Below, piece after piece: positions 34,214 to 47,089 of a stretch of 47,089 nt of DNA. Each line of letters begins with the position of its first letter. Within the stretch, counting starts at the first letter, position 1. This DNA is from Kofleriaceae bacterium. Lineage in GTDB: Bacteria; Myxococcota_A; Polyangia; Haliangiales; Haliangiaceae. The notes below the pieces were generated by a model. That model did not search any database. It saw only the letters and a program-made list of their open reading frames with translations, and had not been told where the DNA came from. The translations under genes were made by a program, and so were the position numbers. The DNA lies in assembly GCA_035472155.1 (NCBI GenBank), contig DATIPJ010000260.1, forward strand, positions 1 to 47,089, written 5' to 3'.

Positions 34214-34801
34214 TCAGTACAGCGGCCACTCGGCCGGGCGCAGATTCACGCGGTGATCCTCGTACGTGTAGCGATGCGGCGGCACGTACGCTCGCGGCTG
34301 ATCGCGCGCCGGATCCACGGGCTCGACCTGGACGAGCTCGACATCGGGGTACGTCTTGGGCCGCGCGACCTCGACGGTACAGTGCGCCTCGCGCACGATG
34401 TGCTCGGACGTCGAGCCGAGCAGCATACGCTCGATCCCGGTCAGGCCGTGGCTGCCGACGATGATCAGATCGGCGCCGACCTCGCGCGCCAGCTCGAGGA
34501 TCTCGGGCACCGCCTTGCCGATCCGCGCGTGTACGAAGAAGTGGACGCAGTCGCGGACCTCGGCCTTGTCGAGCTCGTGCTGGATCTCGAGGGCGAGCGC
34601 CTCCTGCACGCGCGCCGCATACATGTGGTCGATACCGTTGTACGGCGGAATGCTCGGAATCGCTTCCTTCGGATCGACCACACACACGACATGGAGCACA
34701 TGCGACGGTGCGCGCGCTGCGAGCGAAACCGCCCGGTGCAGCGCCGCGTCGGCGCTTCGGCTGAAGTCGTACCCGACGACAACGGGGCTGACAGAGCTCA
34801 T
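34214..34801 (-). CDS. universal stress protein (UspA family)
   Basis: Frame of track ORF 34214..34843, whose own start is TTG. I prefer ATG 34801. The ATP-binding USP motif is ADLIIVGSHGLTGIERMLLGSTSEHIVREAHCTV. Confidence 0.8.
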   Translation of the reverse strand: MSSVSPVVVGYDFSRSADAALHRAVSLAARAPSHVLHVVCVVDPKEAIPSIPPYNGIDHMYAARVQEALALEIQHELDKAEVRDCVHFFVHARIGKAVPEILELAREVGADLIIVGSHGLTGIERMLLGSTSEHIVREAHCTVEVARPKTYPDVELVQVEPVDPARDQPRAYVPPHRYTYEDHRVNLRPAEWPLY

Positions 34802-34924
34802 CCAGCCAGACACAGCAACGGTCGTGCCACCCGAGGCTGCCAACGCATTGGCCGCGCGCTCACGCTCTGTGTGCTCGTGTGTACCAAGCTTGCGATAACA
34901 CGCGCGTCAGGCCATCTTGTGTCG

Positions 34925-35335
34925 ATGGCAACCGTTGAGATCAACGCGGGCAACTTTCAGGAAACGATCGAGAAGCCAGGCATCGTGCTACTCGATTTCT
35001 GGGCCTCGTGGTGCGGGCCGTGTCGCGCGTTCGCTCCGGTGTTCGAGAAGGCGTCCGAGAAGCATCAGGATGTGACGTTCGGCAAGATCGACACCGAGGC
35101 GCAGCAAGAGCTTGCCGGTGCTGCCGACATTCAGGCGATTCCCACGCTCATGGTGTTCCGCGATGGTGTTCTGCTGTTCCGCGAGGCGGGCGCGCTTCCC
35201 GCCGCGGCGCTCGAGGAGCTGCTCACACAGGCCAAGGGACTCGACATGGAGCAGGTTCGCGCGGAGATCGCCGCGCATGTGCACGACCACGACCACGACC
35301 ATGAGCACGGGCCTGGCTGCGACCACGATCACTGA
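34925..35335 (+). CDS. trxA: thioredoxin with His/Asp-rich C-terminal extension
   Basis: Frame of track ORF 34253..35335, started at ATG 34925. It has the WCGPC active site (LLDFWASWCGPCRAFAP) and cis-Pro context IPTLMVF. The roughly 25-aa tail is AAHVHDHDHDHEHGPGCDHDH. Confidence 0.9.
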   Translation: MATVEINAGNFQETIEKPGIVLLDFWASWCGPCRAFAPVFEKASEKHQDVTFGKIDTEAQQELAGAADIQAIPTLMVFRDGVLLFREAGALPAAALEELLTQAKGLDMEQVRAEIAAHVHDHDHDHEHGPGCDHDH

Positions 35336-35362
35336 GCACGAGTGAGCACGAGTGAGCACGAG
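35333..35362. repeat. 3 x 10-bp perfect tandem repeat TGAGCACGAG starting at the thioredoxin stop codon
   Basis: The copies lie at 35333-35342, 35343-35352 and 35353-35362. Because the period is 10 bp, the three TGA triplets fall in all three forward frames. Confidence 0.9.
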
Positions 35363-35394
35363 CCCAGCGCGAGGGGCGCACGGGCAAGGGACCG

Positions 35395-35802
35395 CTACTT
35401 CGAGGCTTCGGCAGCGCGCAGGATGAGCTCGACGGCGCGCAGCACGTCGTAGCGGACGTCCTGCGATCGCCCGGCGAGCACGTCGCTCAGCTCCTTGGCG
35501 TCGCCACCGACCTCCTCATCGACGCCGAACATCAGCGCCGCGAGCTTGATCTCGAAGCCCTTGTGCGCGATGTCGACCAGTGTGTCCCAGCTCGGTGACT
35601 TCTGGCCGCGCTCGAGCTCGCTCAGGTACTTCTGCGAGATGCCGATGCGGGCCGCCATGACCTCCTGCGACAGCTCGCGGTCCTTGCGGAGCTTGCGCAT
35701 CCGCTGCCCGACGCGCTGCTGCACCTCGCGCGCGGCGGTCATATCCTGCGTGGCCTCGCGCTCCTTGCGAGCCTTGCGCGTGCGCGCCCCCGACTTTGGC
35801 AT
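35395..35802 (-). CDS. XRE-family helix-turn-helix transcriptional regulator
   Basis: Frame of track ORF 35395..35886. The start at ATG 35802 is uncertain. The HTH is LSQEVMAARIGISQKYLSELERGQKSPS, preceded by a basic N-terminal extension. Confidence 0.75.
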   Translation of the reverse strand: MPKSGARTRKARKEREATQDMTAAREVQQRVGQRMRKLRKDRELSQEVMAARIGISQKYLSELERGQKSPSWDTLVDIAHKGFEIKLAALMFGVDEEVGGDAKELSDVLAGRSQDVRYDVLRAVELILRAAEASK

Positions 35803-36010
35803 CGCGGCGAGGGTAGGCGCGGGCGAGACATCCTCGTAACCCACTGGTCGCTCTAGCGGCTGCGGGGTTATGCCCTCCATGAGCACTGGACACTACCAAG
35901 AAAGCGAGCCTCGAGCAGTTGGGCGAGCCAATGCTTCCGTCTGGTGGGTGGCCCAGGGGATCCGACTCGGTCGGCGGGCGCGGCGAAGGGGCCGTGATAG
36001 GGTCCCCGCC

Positions 36011-38686
36011 GTGCGATGTCGCCGTGTGCTGCTGGCAGCGCTGCTCGCTGGCGGCGCCCGGGTCGCGCCCGCGGGTGCCGATGCACCTGGGGCCGACGCA
36101 GCGCGGCCCGAGCCACCGCGCGACCTGCGCGATACATTCGGGCTGTCGCAGCCGCCGGCGGTGCGGGCCGACTGCGGCGATGGTTTGGCGTTTGACTGTG
36201 CCATTGCCACCGATCCGTTCGATGGCGCGACGCCGTATGCGCTGTCGACGTGGCTGCCGGTGAGCTGGCTCGGGCGGCTGCCGGTGGGCGCGGCGACGCA
36301 CGATGCGGTCGCGTCGTATGCGCTCGGCGCGAGCCGCGACGGCGCCGGTGTCGTGCTGGGTGGCGGCACCGGGCTCGACAACCGGTGGACGATCGACGGT
36401 GCGCCCGCGGACAGCGTACGGACCGGGGGCGCCGACACGCGGGTGCCGCTCGCGTTCCTCGAGGGCGTGCTGGTGACCGCGGGCGGGTTTGCGGCGCGCG
36501 ACCGGGCGAGCGTGGGCGGCACGATCGACGCGAGGCTCCTGCGCGGCACGTCGAAGCACGAGCTGGCGGCGGACGCGTGGCTCGAGCTGTCGCGCGCGCC
36601 GAGCGCGCCGCCGCTCCCCGTGGGCGCCTATCGCGTGCGGACACTGGCATTCGATCCGGGGCCGCGCACGACGCTGTCGCTGGTCGGGACCGGACCGCTG
36701 GCGGCCGTGGGCGCATGGCTCGGCGGCGCGGCGTGGTACGCGGCCGGCATCGCGCCCAGCCTCGGATCGACGCGGCTCGGCTGGCACGCAGGGCGGCTGG
36801 TCGACGCCGACGGCGATGGGGCGCCCGATCCCGCGGGCGGCGATGTCGCCGTCGAGACCATCGAGGACACCGCGGAGCGCGCGTGGGACTACACCGTGCC
36901 GGTGATGGCGCGCGCCGGGCTCGACCGCGGGGCGCACCACCTCGAGCTGTCGCTGGTCGGCAGCGTGGAGCGCGATGCGCGGTTCCTCGCCGGCGCGACC
37001 CTGCCGGCCGCGGGCGTCGATCGCACGACCGTCGTCGGCGACCTGATCGCGACCTGGCGCGGCGCCTGGGCCGATACCCGCGCGCGCGTGCAGGCGAGCT
37101 GGCACCGCAGCGACCGCAGCGAGCGAGCGCGGGTGGCGTCGGCGGGCGGCGTCCCGCAGCGGCTCACGGGGTTCATCCCCGCGCAGCTGGCCGAGGATCC
37201 GGTGCTCGCGGCGGCGTGCGATGACAGCTCGCCGGACGACCGCTGGAAGCAGATCGCCAACTGCCCCGTCGAGGGCGCGCTGTTCGCGAGCGGCGGCGCG
37301 GGCCAGCTGACCGACGTCGTCGGCGATCGCCCCACCGTGAGCGCGGACATCGCGCGCCGGTTCGGCGGCAACCTCGTGCGCGCCGGGGCGACGCTCGAGG
37401 ACGCGCGGCTGGTGACCACGGCGCAGCTCACCGGCGGCGAGCAGCTGCGCGCGCTCGCGCTCGACGCGCTCGACCACCGCCGGTTCTTCGGCGACGCGTG
37501 CGGCGAGGGCGCCGGCGACCCGTGCGACTACGCCGACCGCTCGCAGCTCACCTACCGCACCCGCTACGCGGCGGTGTATGCCGAGGACACGTTCTCGCTG
37601 GCGCCCGGGCTGGTGGTCAACGACGGCCTGCGCTGGGAGCTGATGTGGGTCGGCTCGAGCCTGCGGTTCTCGCATCAGCTCGCGCCGCGCGCGGGCATGG
37701 TCTGGACCCCATTTGGCGACGGACGCGCGCGGCTATGGACGAGCCTGGGCCGGACCTTCGCGATGCTGCCCGCGGGGCTCGGCGCGACGGTGATCGGGCG
37801 CGATCCGACGGTGGATGACTTCGAGCTCGCCGGCGTCGCGGCGCGCGTGCGCGACAGCGGCGGCGCGTTCCCGGTCGCCGACGACGTGCGCTCGATCGTG
37901 CAGGACGAGGTGACGCTCGGGGGCGAGGTCGCGCTCGCCGGTGCGCTGCGCGCGACGGCGTGGCTGCAGGGCCGGTACCTGCGCCACGGCCTCGAGACGG
38001 CGCACGGCACGCTCGACAACCCGGGCGGCGACGACCCGTCGGCCGTGCGCGAGACCGAGATCGCCGCGGCGGCGCTCGAGCTGGTGAAGCCGAAGATCCG
38101 GATCCGCGCCGGCGCGATGTGGGGCCGCACCGTCGGCACGTGGACCGGGTCGTACGATCCGCGCCAGGGCGCGACGTTGCTGGCCAGCCCCGACTGGGAC
38201 ACCGACGCGACCAACCTCGACGGGCGGCTGCCCACCGACGCCGGCGCGCGGCTGTTCGTCGAGTCCGAGCACCGCGGCGCGCTCGGCCCCGTGGAGGTCG
38301 CGGTCGCGACCCGGTTCACCGTCGGCAGCGGGCGGCCGCGCAACGTGCTCGCCAGCGGCGTCGACGGGCTCGTGGCGCTGTTGCCGCGCGGGTCCGCCGG
38401 TCGCGACCCCGTCGTCTCCGAGGCGCGCGTGCGCGTCCTGGCGCGCTGGCGCGGCGTCGCGGTCACGCTCGACGTGCAGAACGTGTTCGACCGCCGCGAC
38501 CCGACCAACCTCGACGAGGTCTACACCGGCGACACGGTGCGCCCGGTCACGGGCGGCGACGCGAGCGACCTGGTCTTCCTCAAGAACGACGCAGGCGCGC
38601 CCGCCCGTCGCAGCGCGGGCTACCGGCTGCCGGTCGCCTTCCAGGACCCGCTGGCCGTCACGCTCGGCATCCACAGCGCGTTCTGA
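36011..38686 (+). CDS. TonB-dependent-receptor-like outer-membrane beta-barrel protein
   Basis: Frame of track ORF 35870..38686, started at GTG 36011, which gives the signal peptide VRCRRVLLAALLAGGARVAPAGA. A plug-like block is NRWTIDGAPADSV...VPLAFLEGVLVTAGGFAARDRASVGGTIDARLL. The body is long and beta-rich, and the C-terminus ends ...VTLGIHSAF with a terminal Phe. Confidence 0.6.
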   Translation: MRCRRVLLAALLAGGARVAPAGADAPGADAARPEPPRDLRDTFGLSQPPAVRADCGDGLAFDCAIATDPFDGATPYALSTWLPVSWLGRLPVGAATHDAVASYALGASRDGAGVVLGGGTGLDNRWTIDGAPADSVRTGGADTRVPLAFLEGVLVTAGGFAARDRASVGGTIDARLLRGTSKHELAADAWLELSRAPSAPPLPVGAYRVRTLAFDPGPRTTLSLVGTGPLAAVGAWLGGAAWYAAGIAPSLGSTRLGWHAGRLVDADGDGAPDPAGGDVAVETIEDTAERAWDYTVPVMARAGLDRGAHHLELSLVGSVERDARFLAGATLPAAGVDRTTVVGDLIATWRGAWADTRARVQASWHRSDRSERARVASAGGVPQRLTGFIPAQLAEDPVLAAACDDSSPDDRWKQIANCPVEGALFASGGAGQLTDVVGDRPTVSADIARRFGGNLVRAGATLEDARLVTTAQLTGGEQLRALALDALDHRRFFGDACGEGAGDPCDYADRSQLTYRTRYAAVYAEDTFSLAPGLVVNDGLRWELMWVGSSLRFSHQLAPRAGMVWTPFGDGRARLWTSLGRTFAMLPAGLGATVIGRDPTVDDFELAGVAARVRDSGGAFPVADDVRSIVQDEVTLGGEVALAGALRATAWLQGRYLRHGLETAHGTLDNPGGDDPSAVRETEIAAAALELVKPKIRIRAGAMWGRTVGTWTGSYDPRQGATLLASPDWDTDATNLDGRLPTDAGARLFVESEHRGALGPVEVAVATRFTVGSGRPRNVLASGVDGLVALLPRGSAGRDPVVSEARVRVLARWRGVAVTLDVQNVFDRRDPTNLDEVYTGDTVRPVTGGDASDLVFLKNDAGAPARRSAGYRLPVAFQDPLAVTLGIHSAF

Positions 38687-38824
38687 TCGGGTGCGCCTCG
38701 GGTACTCGTGGCGTGAGATTCGTCCGGCTCACGATTATTCGCAATCGACAGGCGGGCGTGCGCCCGGTGCGGCATTGGGCTGCGTGATAGGATTTTCCGT
38801 CGCCGCGACTACCTCGGGGAGCCC

Positions 38825-46600
<7,776 letters not shown>

Positions 46601-46616
46601 ACGCGCACAAAGAAAA

Positions 46617-46645
46617 CCGGCGAGACGCGGGGGCCGTCTCGCCGG
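46617..46645. terminator. GC-rich hairpin between convergent genes (putative bidirectional terminator)
   Basis: CCGGCGAGACG (46617-46627), a 7-nt loop, then CGTCTCGCCGG (46635-46645). It starts 17 nt after the giant ORF stop, is preceded by AAAGAAAA, and lies between two convergent genes. Confidence 0.6.
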
Positions 46646-46680
46646 TGAGGGTTGTTGGAGTGTTGCTGCGGGGTGGGTGA

Positions 46681-47089
46681 TTACGAGGCGGTCACCGTGA
46701 AGGTGCCGGCCTGGCGCCGCCAGCCGTTGTTGAGCTCGTTGCCGTAGACCACGATGCGGGCGATGCCGCGCCGGTTGCCCTGGAGGTCGAGGCTCATGCT
46801 CTGGTTGGCGAAGAGGGTGCGATCGAGGTTTCGAATGACCTGCGACTGGCCGTTGTCGAACTGCACGTAGACCTGCTTGATGAGCGTGCGGCCGGTCGCG
46901 CCGGAGATCTGGAGCGTCTCGAACCGGCCCTGCTGGGCACCGACGGTGATGAACGTCCGGCCGCCGTTGAACTGCACGCCGCTCGCGAGGGTCACCGGGC
47001 GGTAGACCGGGGGAAGCCAGCGGCCGCCGCGCCAGAAGCCGTTGTCGCCGTAGCTGATCGGCTGGACGATGGGCGCTCCGGTGACCGGG
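46681..47089 (-). CDS. hypothetical beta-rich protein, C-terminal part (gene probably continues past the right edge)
   Basis: Track ORF 46681..46995 begins at an internal GTG. The same frame stays open to the window edge (...PVTGAPIVQPISYGDNGFWRGGRWLPPVYRPVTLASGVQFNGG...). I recognise no family. Confidence 0.45.
   Translation of the reverse strand, partial: PVTGAPIVQPISYGDNGFWRGGRWLPPVYRPVTLASGVQFNGGRTFITVGAQQGRFETLQISGATGRTLIKQVYVQFDNGQSQVIRNLDRTLFANQSMSLDLQGNRRGIARIVVYGNELNNGWRRQAGTFTVTAS

Noticed and set aside
35516-37675. 719-aa minus-strand ORF antisense to the outer-membrane barrel gene, overlapping the XRE gene region
   Set aside because: It has Arg/Ala/Pro/Gly junk composition, and the opposite strand carries the plug-like motif and signal peptide.

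Overview
The window is very GC-rich (about 70% by eye, not computed). Its gene content looks like a chromosomal segment of a myxobacterium (Myxococcota) or a similar high-GC organism: many lipoproteins, a Hanks-type Ser/Thr kinase, orphan CheY and MCP-like genes, a small RHH protein and a giant TPR protein. I can support about 40 protein-coding genes (two truncated by the window edges), one gene remnant, a few tandem repeats, one strong operator-like palindrome and one hairpin terminator. I found no rRNA, tRNA, CRISPR array, transposase or integrase. Because of the GC content, the six-frame track is full of long Arg/Ala/Gly/Pro-rich off-frame and antisense ORFs, and I rejected these. Several real genes needed their starts moved inward from the track ORF. 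Most of the content is ordinary: SDR and epimerase enzymes, a di-heme DUF1111 protein, a TetR-DUF4260 pair, a LysR-GST pair, a CocE/NonD hydrolase, a VOC dioxygenase, an M1 aminopeptidase, AraC and XRE regulators, USP, thioredoxin and an M50-like peptidase. Six things deserve a second look. (1) A translationally coupled three-gene module at 28159-31926: an acidic coiled-coil/Pro-repeat protein, a tandem AAA+ ATPase with a degenerate D1 and canonical D2, and a 4-TM protein with an acidic tail. No known partner genes are nearby. (2) A 98-aa peptide gene (23802-24098) whose N-terminus is a near-perfect double-glycine leader, with no peptidase-ABC exporter in the window. (3) A coiled-coil/TM protein whose stop overlaps the start of a dual-SWIM SNF2 helicase (18549-23215). 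(4) A 2591-aa all-helical TPR-like protein downstream of a TonB-dependent-receptor-like barrel (36011-46600). (5) A CheY, soluble MCP-like and CheX-like trio without CheA or CheW, in which two proteins share a G[DE]x[ML]LF C-terminus. (6) A nested 17-bp perfect palindrome upstream of the DUF4260-TetR operon. All functional calls come from motif and architecture recognition by eye. No database search, alignment or structure prediction was run.
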